Assembly (NCBI GenBank): GCA_025055075.1
Contig: JANWYV010000009.1
Location: forward strand, 21,876 to 85,875
Length of the DNA stretch: 64,000 nt
Reading direction: 5' to 3'
Origin: Blastocatellia bacterium
Lineage (GTDB): Bacteria > Acidobacteriota > Blastocatellia > HR10
Positions 8,788 to 17,122 of the stretch are shown here, piece after piece. Within the stretch, counting starts at the first letter, position 1. Each line of letters starts with the position of its first letter. The notes beneath the pieces are model-generated. The model was not told the origin of the DNA. It saw only the letters and a list, made by a program, of their open reading frames with translations, and ran no database searches. The position numbers and the translations under genes are program-made.

Positions 8788-9630
8788 TCATCCGAAGCGC
8801 CCCGTGAGATAATCTTCGGTCAACTTCTCACGCGGCACCGTGAACAATTTCTCCGTTTGATTGAATTCTACAAGACGGCCCAACCAAAGGAAAGCCGTGT
8901 AATCGGAGACGCGAGCGGCCTGTTGCATATTGTGCGTGACGATGATGATCGTGTAGTAGCGCTTCAACTCCGCGATCAACTCCTCGATCTTCTCGGTGGC
9001 GATCGGATCTAGGGCCGAGGCCGGTTCATCCAGGAGCAAGACCTCCGGTCGCACGGCCAGCGCTCGGGCAATGCAGAGCCGTTGCTGTTGTCCTCCGGAG
9101 AGCGTGAGCGCCGATTCGTGTAACCGATCCTTGACCTCATCCCAGAGGGCGGCTTGACGCAAGCTCTCCTCGACGCGCTCATGCAGCTCTCGCTGATTGC
9201 GCACCAGCCCGTTCACTCGCAAGCCATAGGCGACGTTCTCAAAGATCGTCTTCGGGAAGGGATTCGAACGCTGAAAGACCATGCCCACGCGTCGCCGCAA
9301 GCGCACGACATCTACCTGCGGATCGTAGATGTTCTCTCCGTCCAAGAGGATGCGTCCTTCCGCGCGCGTGTCTGGAATGAGATCGTTCATGCGATTGATG
9401 GCGCGCAACAACGTCGTCTTCCCGCATCCTGAGGGGCCGATGAGGGCTGTCACCTTGTTCCGCGGGAACCCCAACGTGATGTCGTGCAAGACCCGGGCGT
9501 CCCCATAGTAGAAGCTGAACCGCTCGACCTGGACTTTCACCGGCATCGTTTGCTGCTCGGCCGCGTGCATCTCAGCGGCCCCCGATCTCGAAGCGTTCTC
9601 TTTGAGCAGCTCGACTCTTGGCCGCACCAT
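8788..9630 (-). CDS. pstB: Phosphate ABC transporter ATP-binding protein
   Basis: Walker [10 protein letters not shown], signature LSGGQQQRL, Walker B LLLDEP. The true start may be an internal Met (MHAAEQ...). Confidence 0.9.
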   Translation of the reverse strand: MVRPRVELLKENASRSGAAEMHAAEQQTMPVKVQVERFSFYYGDARVLHDITLGFPRNKVTALIGPSGCGKTTLLRAINRMNDLIPDTRAEGRILLDGENIYDPQVDVVRLRRRVGMVFQRSNPFPKTIFENVAYGLRVNGLVRNQRELHERVEESLRQAALWDEVKDRLHESALTLSGGQQQRLCIARALAVRPEVLLLDEPASALDPIATEKIEELIAELKRYYTIIIVTHNMQQAARVSDYTAFLWLGRLVEFNQTEKLFTVPREKLTEDYLTGRFG

Positions 9631-9666
9631 TCTCCTCCTGCCTGACGAGACCTCAGCCTTCGCTCC

Positions 9667-10713
9667 TCAGGCGCGAGCCCGCAATCGCCGTCGAACGCGG
9701 GCGCGAATGAGCACGGCGATGACGTTGAGGGCGAACGTGAGCAGGAGCAGGACGAGGACCGTCCCATAGAGCAAAGGCTTGGTCTTCTCCACGTCCGGAG
9801 ATTGCGTCGAAAGGATGAAAACGTGATAGCCGAGCTCCATGAACTGATCGTTCAGCCGACTCGGCAGATAAGGAAGGAAGTACGCGGCGCCTGTGAAGAG
9901 AACTGGGGCGACCTCTCCAGCCCCACGGCTGACAGCGAGAATGGCGCCGGTGAGGATCCCGGGCAGTGCCTCCGGCAAGACGACGCGCCAAATCGTCTGC
10001 CAGCGCGTGGCGCCTAGCGCTAAACTCGCCTCGCGCAATTCGCGCGGCACGGCGCGCAGCGCCTCATCGGTGGAGACGATCACCACGGGCAACGTGAGCA
10101 ATGCCAGCGTCAGCGCCGCCCAGAGGATGGCCGGTTGCCCATAGGTCAATTCTCCTCCGTAGAACAGTCGGTCAATGCTTCCACCTACGAATTGCACGAA
10201 GAACCCGAGTCCGAAAAGGCCGAAGACGATGGAGGGAACGCCAGCCAAGTTGTTGACGGCAGCGCGCGTCGCTCGTGCGAGGAGGATCTCAAGAACGTGC
10301 ATCCCCTCCAGAAGGCGCGCGCGCCAGGACGACGCTGCGCGAGCGCGGGCCCACGCGTAGGAGAGATTCGATCCGGGGATGAATTCGCGTAAGTACACCG
10401 CTGTCGCTACGCCGATCGGAACGGCGGCGATGGTCATCAGGATGACGAGCGCTACCGTCCCGAAGATCGCCGGGAAAATTCCCCCTTCAGTCATGCCCGC
10501 GCGCGGCGCAGTCGTCAGAAAGTCCCATGTGATCTGTCCGGCTCCGTTCCAGACGATGTTCCCCAAGATGATCCCGAGCATCGCTACGATGATCGCGCTC
10601 GCCACGGCGAGCAATCCGATGGGAATCTGTTCGCGGAAGCGCTCCCAAAACAATGCCCGTCGCGAGATGATCAGCGAGGTCGTCCGCTCCTCCAAACGAG
10701 GCCCGGCGCTCAT
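9667..10713 (-). CDS. pstA: Phosphate ABC transporter permease PstA
   Basis: Permease with an EAA-like loop (EASLALGATRWQTIWRVVLP). Start trimmed to ATG 10713, which overlaps the pstC stop by 4 bp. The upstream 109 codons of the track ORF overlap pstC and are Arg/Gly-rich junk. Confidence 0.85.
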   Translation of the reverse strand: MSAGPRLEERTTSLIISRRALFWERFREQIPIGLLAVASAIIVAMLGIILGNIVWNGAGQITWDFLTTAPRAGMTEGGIFPAIFGTVALVILMTIAAVPIGVATAVYLREFIPGSNLSYAWARARAASSWRARLLEGMHVLEILLARATRAAVNNLAGVPSIVFGLFGLGFFVQFVGGSIDRLFYGGELTYGQPAILWAALTLALLTLPVVIVSTDEALRAVPRELREASLALGATRWQTIWRVVLPEALPGILTGAILAVSRGAGEVAPVLFTGAAYFLPYLPSRLNDQFMELGYHVFILSTQSPDVEKTKPLLYGTVLVLLLLTFALNVIAVLIRARVRRRLRARA

Positions 10714-11672
10714 AGCCCTCCTCGCAATCGGTGTTGGACGCGGTGGATGATGTACATCCCCACCGAATTCACGATGAACGTGACGACAAAGAGCAATGCC
10801 CCGATGAAGAAGAGGACGTGATAATGCGGGCTCCCGAAGACGACCTCCCCCAGTTCGGCGGCGATCGTCGCCGCCAGCGTGCGCACCGAATCCGTGAACT
10901 GCCAGGACGTGATCGCGGCATTCCCCGAGGCCATCAACACGATCATCGTCTCCCCGACGGCGCGCCCGAAGCCCAAGATGAGGCTGGCGAAGATGCCGGG
11001 CAAGGCGGCTGGCAGGACGACGCGCGTCGCCGTTTGCCAACGCGTGGCACCCAGCGCCAAACTCGCCTCACGCAGACTTTGCGGAACGGCGTTCAACGCG
11101 TCCTCGCTCACCGTGTAAATGATCGGGATCAACGCCAAGGCGAGCGCTGTCCCCGCCGTGATCGCGTTCAATCGCGTCTCGAGTCCGAACAGTTGCTGTA
11201 TCCATGTCGCGAGGACGATCAACGCGAAGAACCCGAGGACCACCGAAGGGATGCCGGCTAAAAGCTCGATGGCTGGCTTGATTGTTTCTCGAACCCGCGC
11301 GGGCGCGAATTCGGACGTGTAAAGCGCCGCGGCGATGGCCAACGGCGCCGCAATCAGCAGAGCCACCAGTGTCGTCTTCAGCGTCCCCAGGATGAGGGGA
11401 ATGAGGCTATATTTGGGCACCAACGCGATGGGTTGCCACATGTATCGGCTCGCCAGATCCGGCCCCTCCGTCGGACGGAAGAAGTGACGAAGGCTCGCTT
11501 CCCGCTGGATCTCCGGATCGGTGAGGATCGGCAGCGCTTCTCGAAAGATGAAGATGAAGATGAGAACGATCGTCGCAATAGCCGTGAGCGAGAGCAAAAG
11601 GATCACACGGCGCGCCCATCGGTCGGCCCACAAACGTCTCCGATCATCTCCGATCTTCATCTCGCGCCTCAT
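10710..11672 (-). CDS. pstC: Phosphate ABC transporter permease PstC
   Basis: Multi-TM permease with EASLALGATRWQTATRVVLPAALPGI. Follows pstS directly. Confidence 0.85.
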   Translation of the reverse strand: MRREMKIGDDRRRLWADRWARRVILLLSLTAIATIVLIFIFIFREALPILTDPEIQREASLRHFFRPTEGPDLASRYMWQPIALVPKYSLIPLILGTLKTTLVALLIAAPLAIAAALYTSEFAPARVRETIKPAIELLAGIPSVVLGFFALIVLATWIQQLFGLETRLNAITAGTALALALIPIIYTVSEDALNAVPQSLREASLALGATRWQTATRVVLPAALPGIFASLILGFGRAVGETMIVLMASGNAAITSWQFTDSVRTLAATIAAELGEVVFGSPHYHVLFFIGALLFVVTFIVNSVGMYIIHRVQHRLRGGL

Positions 11673-11673
11673 C

Positions 11674-12585
11674 TCACGAATCGCGTTCCCATTGTTGGGC
11701 GACTTCTCGGCGCTTCTCCTCCGGCAGCGGATAATACCCGACGTCCTTCACCACCGCCTGTCCTTCGGGCGAGAGAATCCATCGGATGAAGTCGCGCGCC
11801 ACCGGATTGCTCGGCTTCCCCACCGTGTAGAAGTATAACTGCCGACTGATCGGATACTGACCCGAAATGACATTCTCCAGAGTCGGAGCGATCGCCGGAG
11901 CCGTCGCGTCCTTCTTGATCTTGAGCGCCTTGATTCCCGCTCCGTAGGCGATCCCGCCGTAGCCGATGGCCTTCGGATCCTTCGCCACGGCGTTGATGAC
12001 CGCCGCCGTCCCCGGAAGCGTCTGCGTCTCCGGAGCAAAATCGGCGTTTTCCAGCACGTGCTCCTTGAAGTAGACGTAAGTGCCCGAATTATTCTCTCGG
12101 CTGTAGAGGACGATGGGGAGATCCGGTCCACCGACATCCTTCCATCTCGTGATTCGTCCCGTGTAGATGGCTTTGAGTTGTGCCAACGACAGCTCGCTCA
12201 CGGGGTTCGACTGATGGACGTACACGGCCAAGCCATCGAGAGCGACCGGCGTCTCGATCACCTCCACGCCGAATTTGGCCTTCACTTGTTCGGCCTCGGC
12301 AGGCTTGATCGGACGCGAACTTTGCGCGATGTCCGTCGTCCCGTTGATCAACGCCGCGATCCCAGTCCCTGATCCCCCGCCCGTGACCTGAATCACCGTG
12401 CCCGGATGCTTCTGCATGTAGATCTCAGCGAATCGCTGGCCCAGGATGACCATCGTATCCGAGCCTTTGACGGTGACCGCGCGCGCGCGGTCCGACGGCG
12501 CGCGCGAAGAGCAAGCGAGGCTCCAGAGAATGAGGACACCGCACCCAATGGAAAGCCATCGGTTCGTTCCACGAACGTCTCTCAT
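11674..12585 (-). CDS. pstS: Phosphate-binding protein PstS
   Basis: Lipoprotein/signal-like N-terminus and a PBP-like fold (GSDTM..., GGGSGTGI). Strong RBS AAGGAGGGAG spans the porin stop codon. Confidence 0.85.
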   Translation of the reverse strand: MRDVRGTNRWLSIGCGVLILWSLACSSRAPSDRARAVTVKGSDTMVILGQRFAEIYMQKHPGTVIQVTGGGSGTGIAALINGTTDIAQSSRPIKPAEAEQVKAKFGVEVIETPVALDGLAVYVHQSNPVSELSLAQLKAIYTGRITRWKDVGGPDLPIVLYSRENNSGTYVYFKEHVLENADFAPETQTLPGTAAVINAVAKDPKAIGYGGIAYGAGIKALKIKKDATAPAIAPTLENVISGQYPISRQLYFYTVGKPSNPVARDFIRWILSPEGQAVVKDVGYYPLPEEKRREVAQQWERDS

Positions 12586-12595
12586 ACTCCCTCCT

Positions 12596-13999
12596 TCAGA
12601 AAGCGAATTGCAGCCGCGTGAGCACGGAGACGGAGCGCTCCGCGCGGCCCCACGGCGGCGCTGGGAAACGCTCCATGGAGAGATCGAGCATATACTTGAC
12701 GAACGGCGTCAGATACCAATTCAGCCCCCATGTGATCGTCTCAGCCCGCGCCGACTCCATCCCGTCCGAGAGCTGCAACACCGAGTATCGGATCTTCGCC
12801 TCCCACGCGCCCCACCCGCGTTCTCCCGGTCTAAAGGAGAGGAAGGCGCGGCGAGGGATGACCGGACCATTCTCCGGCTTCTTCTCCCCCGTGAGCACAT
12901 AGGTGGCTTGCGCGGCGTAGCCTTTCGCGACTACGGCTGGCAGCGTCGTTTTGTTCGGCCCCAACTGATATCGGTCTTGAGCCATTTGGTTGTACTCGGC
13001 ACGCAGAGCGAAGGGACCAGCCAGATAGGTCAATTCCCCATTGGCGCGCAGCAGTTGTCCATTCACCGGGCGCGGAGCGAAGAACGTGGCGCTCTGACTC
13101 TCCGTCTGTCCACTCAGGCTCATCCCCCCTCGCTGCCGACCGAGCGCTATGGCTCCCCCAAAGCTCAAGTGACGTCCATTATGGCCGTTTCGCTCCGGCC
13201 ACGGTGAGATGTGCACGCGCACGACACCTTCCGGCGTGCGCGTCGTATTCAACGCGAGGTTCCCCTTCCCATTGAAAGCGCCGATTTGATAGGCGATCTT
13301 CCCTCCGGCGATCTCTCCCGCCAGCTGCAGACCAGGGCTTCGGCTCGGCGCGATCCGCGTCGCCATCGCCCGCTCCACGAAATCTATGTGCATGGCGCTG
13401 CGCAGTTCTTCTTGCGAGAAAGGCTCCTTGAAGTGGCCAACTTGCAGGTTCAATCCCGGGCGCACGTGTACTCGCAACCATCCATCTCGGAGCAGTCCAG
13501 TGCCGCGCTCCGCGAAATCCGCTTGAATCCGATACTCGTAGCGAGAGAGCACTCGCCCAGAAGCGGCCAGCCGAAATCGGCGCACGAGGAATGTATTCGA
13601 TGGTGCGAACGGCTCTTGCCGATAGGCGCGAAAGTCAAACTGCCCTTCTCCGGAGAGAGCCAGTTCGAAATCTCCGTCCGAGCTTCGGAATATTGGACGT
13701 CCGTTCGACCAAAGGAATTGCGCGGTCGTCGAAGAGAGGCGCTCTCCCGATACGGTCCCGCTTTCCGAAGCGCGATTCGCCACTTCGGGCGCGTCGCCAG
13801 CTCGGCGCGCCAGCGCCCGCACCTCTTGGCGAAGCTCTTCGAGGAGCCGGCGCTGTTCGGCTAGCTGTTGCTTCAGATGTTCGATTGTCTGCTCTTGTTC
13901 TCGCACCCGCTTTCGCAGCGCCTCCAACTCCGTCGAAGACTCCGACTGTGGCGGATTTGCTAGAAGCAGGGGGGTGAAAAGCAGGAGAAGGATCCACAT
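12596..13999 (-). CDS. Phosphate-selective porin O/P-like outer-membrane protein with N-terminal coiled coil
   Basis: Signal peptide MWILLLLFTPLLLA, then a coiled coil (ELEALRKRVREQEQTIEHLKQQLAEQRRLLEELRQEV). The beta-rich body ends in an aromatic residue (...RLQFAF). ATG 13999 has a GGAGAGGG RBS; the track start is 14047. Only 10 bp upstream of pstS. Confidence 0.7.
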   Translation of the reverse strand: MWILLLLFTPLLLANPPQSESSTELEALRKRVREQEQTIEHLKQQLAEQRRLLEELRQEVRALARRAGDAPEVANRASESGTVSGERLSSTTAQFLWSNGRPIFRSSDGDFELALSGEGQFDFRAYRQEPFAPSNTFLVRRFRLAASGRVLSRYEYRIQADFAERGTGLLRDGWLRVHVRPGLNLQVGHFKEPFSQEELRSAMHIDFVERAMATRIAPSRSPGLQLAGEIAGGKIAYQIGAFNGKGNLALNTTRTPEGVVRVHISPWPERNGHNGRHLSFGGAIALGRQRGGMSLSGQTESQSATFFAPRPVNGQLLRANGELTYLAGPFALRAEYNQMAQDRYQLGPNKTTLPAVVAKGYAAQATYVLTGEKKPENGPVIPRRAFLSFRPGERGWGAWEAKIRYSVLQLSDGMESARAETITWGLNWYLTPFVKYMLDLSMERFPAPPWGRAERSVSVLTRLQFAF

Positions 14000-14152
14000 C
14001 TGGAACCCTCTCCGAACGAGCGTCCACTGCGCCCCATGATCGCTCATCGCACTGTGCTCTCCTGGTGGTCTCGCTTAGCTATGGACTTTACTCGATCCGG
14101 CGGCGCTTGTCCACATTCCCCCCTGGGTTCGGCGATGCCCATATGCCCCTCC

Positions 14153-14205
14153 AGTGTAGGAGGGGGAGGTAAAAGGCGTGTAAGCGACAGGTTAAATCTG
14201 TGTAA
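14153..14205 (-). promoter_or_regulatory. Pho-box-like array: four direct hexamer repeats at about 11-bp phasing plus candidate -10
   Basis: Minus strand carries TTACAC (14205-14200), TTAACC (14195-14190), TTACAC (14183-14178) and TTACCT (14172-14167). After 8 nt comes TACACT (14158-14153). The hexamers resemble the TT(A/T/C)ACA PhoP/PhoB-type direct repeats that replace a -35 element. Confidence 0.4.
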
Positions 14206-15235
14206 AATTTCGACGCGCGCGCAGGCGAGCGACCAATTCATCGAAGTGCTCCGTCGAGAGGGCGACTTCGGAGAAGATGCGCTCCAGATCCTGGGCCGTG
14301 ACTCTCTCGAAGTGTTCCCGAATGGGAACGATCACGAATCCCGCCAGATCAATAGCCGCCGGGCTGATCACCAAGCGCTTTGGCTCCTCAGCGAAAAAAC
14401 AGCTCGGACGATGGCGGGCGCGGGGAAAGACCAACACCGTCCATTCTGTCGAGGTGACATGCCAATCTCCCGGCGCCATCTCCGCAAAGACGATGAGGTT
14501 GAGCATGGGTTCCTCAGAGGAGCCAGTTATATCCGCGAGTGCGGAGAGCGTCTCGGCAATCCAGAGGCACAATTGCTGGCGATCTGTCGCTCGGTAGATC
14601 AAAGTTGGCACCGGGTAGGAGACGGTGCGGGAGATCGTGATCCCCGGCGCACTCATCACGAGCTGCTGATCGGCGAAATTCCGTCCAATGGGCAAAGGGG
14701 CGCGCACGGCAGCCTGAAAATGCAAGTGATCCGGAGCTGATGCGCCGCACTTCGGCCCATTGTAGAGGAGGAAGAAATCCGGCGAGAGCGCGGCCGCCAT
14801 ATCGAGCAGGACGTCGAATCTCCCGGCAAGGGCTTGAGGGATGTGCTCGCGGTGAACGATCGTCACGTGCTTATCGAGAATGGGATAAGGGTTGCAAAGG
14901 ATCACGTACTCGCGTCCATAGGCGAGCCCGCGCTCTTCGTCTGGGAGGTGTTCGGGACAAAGGAAGCACGGGCGCCGGCGCACAGCTTCATCATCCACGG
15001 CGGCTGTCGTGCTCGTCAGCCGAAGTGGATTATGTTGTAGGAGGATCGTGACCGGTCCCAACGGAACCTCCCTGACGAGCACTTGAGCAAGCGCTTCCCG
15101 ACCTCGAGCGAGGGCTGGCCAGCGCGCGCTCTGTTCCCGGAAGAGCGCATCCACGCGGGCGCGCCAAGTCGTGTCCGCAGCCGGGAGCGCGAGTTCCTCA
15201 TCGCGCAGCAGACGTTCGTCCCATGCTCGTGACAT
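14192..15235 (-). CDS. HIT/GalT-superfamily nucleotidyl phosphorylase/transferase-like protein (DUF4922-like)
   Basis: CFLCPEHLPDEE...NPYPILDKHVTIV followed by the HxHxQ motif (APDHLHFQA) typical of the GalT/Ap4A-phosphorylase branch. ATG 15235 has a GAGGGA RBS. The track start 15274 is a GTG inside a TATAAT box. Confidence 0.55.
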   Translation of the reverse strand: MSRAWDERLLRDEELALPAADTTWRARVDALFREQSARWPALARGREALAQVLVREVPLGPVTILLQHNPLRLTSTTAAVDDEAVRRRPCFLCPEHLPDEERGLAYGREYVILCNPYPILDKHVTIVHREHIPQALAGRFDVLLDMAAALSPDFFLLYNGPKCGASAPDHLHFQAAVRAPLPIGRNFADQQLVMSAPGITISRTVSYPVPTLIYRATDRQQLCLWIAETLSALADITGSSEEPMLNLIVFAEMAPGDWHVTSTEWTVLVFPRARHRPSCFFAEEPKRLVISPAAIDLAGFVIVPIREHFERVTAQDLERIFSEVALSTEHFDELVARLRARRNFTQI

Positions 15236-15345
15236 ACGTCCCTCGATTGACAGAGGAAGGCCGCCATTATACACCTAAAGGCTGTTTCGGTCACACGCTG
15301 TGGCGTGCCCTTGAGCGCTCGACGAGAAAGCGAAGGGAGTGGAGG

Positions 15346-16323
15346 ATGCCTGTCTTGAGCCTAGCGTCGTCGGATGAGATGCGCGCGATCCTCGCGGAGA
15401 CGCATGTCCTCTGGGGGGAAGGGATGCAGTTCGACGACTACCTCGCCTTCGTATGGGCGCAGATGGAGAGTCCGTGGGGGCGGGAGAACTTCCGATACCT
15501 CGTGTGGAAGGAAGGGGCGCTTGTCCTGAGCAGCCTGAAACTCTACCGATTGCATGCGCGGTGCGGTTCACGGCATGTGATCCTTGGCGGGATCGGCGCC
15601 GTATACACCCCTCGAGCGCATCGCGGCCACGGCCATGCGCGCGCGATGCTCGCCGCCGTCCTGGAACGCTTGCGGGCGGAAGGGGTTCATGGTGCGCTCC
15701 TCTTCTCGGACATTGGGACGGCGTACTATCAACGGCTCGGGTTTCGCCCACTTCCCTCGCACGAATTCGTTGTGCCGCTGGCCGCCATTCCGGTGCGCGA
15801 AGGTTCCCTTCTTGAGGTCGAGCGGATTCAGGACGCGGATTGGTCAGACGTCGAACGCCTCTATGAGCGAGCGACGGCTTCGGATCCGTTCGTCCTGTCT
15901 CGATCCCCGACCTATTGGGCGCATTGGCGGCAGAAGGAACAGGAGCGCATGAGGCACTTGCCTGCGGGCATGAAGTCGCCGCGACACTGGATCGCGCGAC
16001 GCGAGGGAGAGAGTGTGGGATACGCACTGACGGTCGTGGAGCCGCCCACGCTCGTCCTCAAAGAGCTGATCGTCGCCGATGAGGCTCAAGAGACCGCTGA
16101 GGCTCTTCTGGCGGCGATCCGACGAGATGGAGAAGCGCTCGGCGCCGCGCAACTCATCGGATGGTGGCCGCCGCTGGCGTGGTCGCGCTTTCTCGTGAGC
16201 GAACACATTCGCCCGCGTCCGCGAGTGCGGGAGCTGACGATGATGGCTTCTCTCGATCCCACGTTCGATGTGGAGCGGCTCACCGCTTGGGGGGACTTAT
16301 TCTGGGGGACTGATCACTTTTAA
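15346..16323 (+). CDS. GNAT-family N-acetyltransferase with C-terminal extension (Eis-like layout)
   Basis: GNAT core (ILGGIGAVYTPRAHRGHGHARAMLAAVLERL...FSDIGTAYYQRLGF). RBS GGAGTGGAGG precedes ATG 15346. Confidence 0.7.
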   Translation: MPVLSLASSDEMRAILAETHVLWGEGMQFDDYLAFVWAQMESPWGRENFRYLVWKEGALVLSSLKLYRLHARCGSRHVILGGIGAVYTPRAHRGHGHARAMLAAVLERLRAEGVHGALLFSDIGTAYYQRLGFRPLPSHEFVVPLAAIPVREGSLLEVERIQDADWSDVERLYERATASDPFVLSRSPTYWAHWRQKEQERMRHLPAGMKSPRHWIARREGESVGYALTVVEPPTLVLKELIVADEAQETAEALLAAIRRDGEALGAAQLIGWWPPLAWSRFLVSEHIRPRPRVRELTMMASLDPTFDVERLTAWGDLFWGTDHF

Positions 16324-16338
16324 GCAGGTCCGGGCGGA

Positions 16339-17112
16339 TCACCGAACCTTGTCTGGGCTCGGCGGCTTCTCGAAGAGCTTGGGATCAATGGAAATGTTCA
16401 CCTGCACATCTTCGAAGCTCGCGCGGGAGACCTGGACATTGCCCTTGTAGCGGTCAATTCGCAAGGGGAGCTTGATCCCGTCGAAGTCCTGATAGAGGTG
16501 GAAACGCTCCTCCTCGTCCTCGTAGGCGAGCTTCACCGGCAGATACGTCTGAGGGTCGAAATAGACCTGGATGCGGTCCACCTCCTCGCCCTCAAGGGGA
16601 ACGATCAGCTCCACGCCGACGCCGCGTTGCCGAAACCAGAGTTCGCGTTCGCCCAAATAGCGCAACTTCACATCGGATCGCCGCCAGAGGTCGCGCATGA
16701 CCGTCTCCAAGCTCCGCCGTTGCGCCGTGCGGAAGCGGGCGATCTCCTCTTCTTTTTGGTCGCGGAGGTTGCGCGAGGGGCCATCGTAGATCCAACCGCG
16801 GGCGCCGACGTTGACCTGAATGAACCGATCCTTGCCGCGTCCGAATTCGACGCGCTCCCGATCGGGGTAGACGATGTAGACGGTGAAGGGGAGAAGGGCT
16901 TGCAATTGCTCTCGCTCGTTGAATTGCGAATAGAGTCCGCGTCCCATGATGGATTTGAGCGCGAGATACTTCTCGCCGCCGAGCGCGCGCGTGGCCGCCT
17001 CAAAGAGCGCGCGCGCGCGATCTTCTTGAGTCGGGGCGGGGGACAGAAGCCCGAGAAGAAGCACGAGGCTCAATTTACAACGAATCAGCGTCCGAAAAGG
17101 CCCGCTCGACAT
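16339..17112 (-). CDS. Secreted hypothetical protein (LolA-like/lipoprotein-sorting-like guess)
   Basis: Signal peptide (LSLVLLLGLLSPAPTQE) and a beta-rich body. Lies 10 bp downstream of the clp gene. Family assignment is a guess. Confidence 0.45.
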   Translation of the reverse strand: MSSGPFRTLIRCKLSLVLLLGLLSPAPTQEDRARALFEAATRALGGEKYLALKSIMGRGLYSQFNEREQLQALLPFTVYIVYPDRERVEFGRGKDRFIQVNVGARGWIYDGPSRNLRDQKEEEIARFRTAQRRSLETVMRDLWRRSDVKLRYLGERELWFRQRGVGVELIVPLEGEEVDRIQVYFDPQTYLPVKLAYEDEEERFHLYQDFDGIKLPLRIDRYKGNVQVSRASFEDVQVNISIDPKLFEKPPSPDKVR

Positions 17113-17122
17113 GGATCGTCCG

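Noticed and set aside
10714-11040. N-terminal 109-codon extension of pstA; similar extensions at 44656-45300 (TPR gene), 40388-40726 (aldolase), 41487-41627 (rluD), 35282-35353 (recA), 31645-31749 (nfi) and 39258-39341 (radC)
   Set aside because: The extensions overlap the upstream gene or the divergent promoter region and are Arg/Gly/Pro-rich. They precede an internal ATG with an RBS or a 4-bp stop/start overlap that yields the canonical family N-terminus. Some track starts are GTG/TTG codons.
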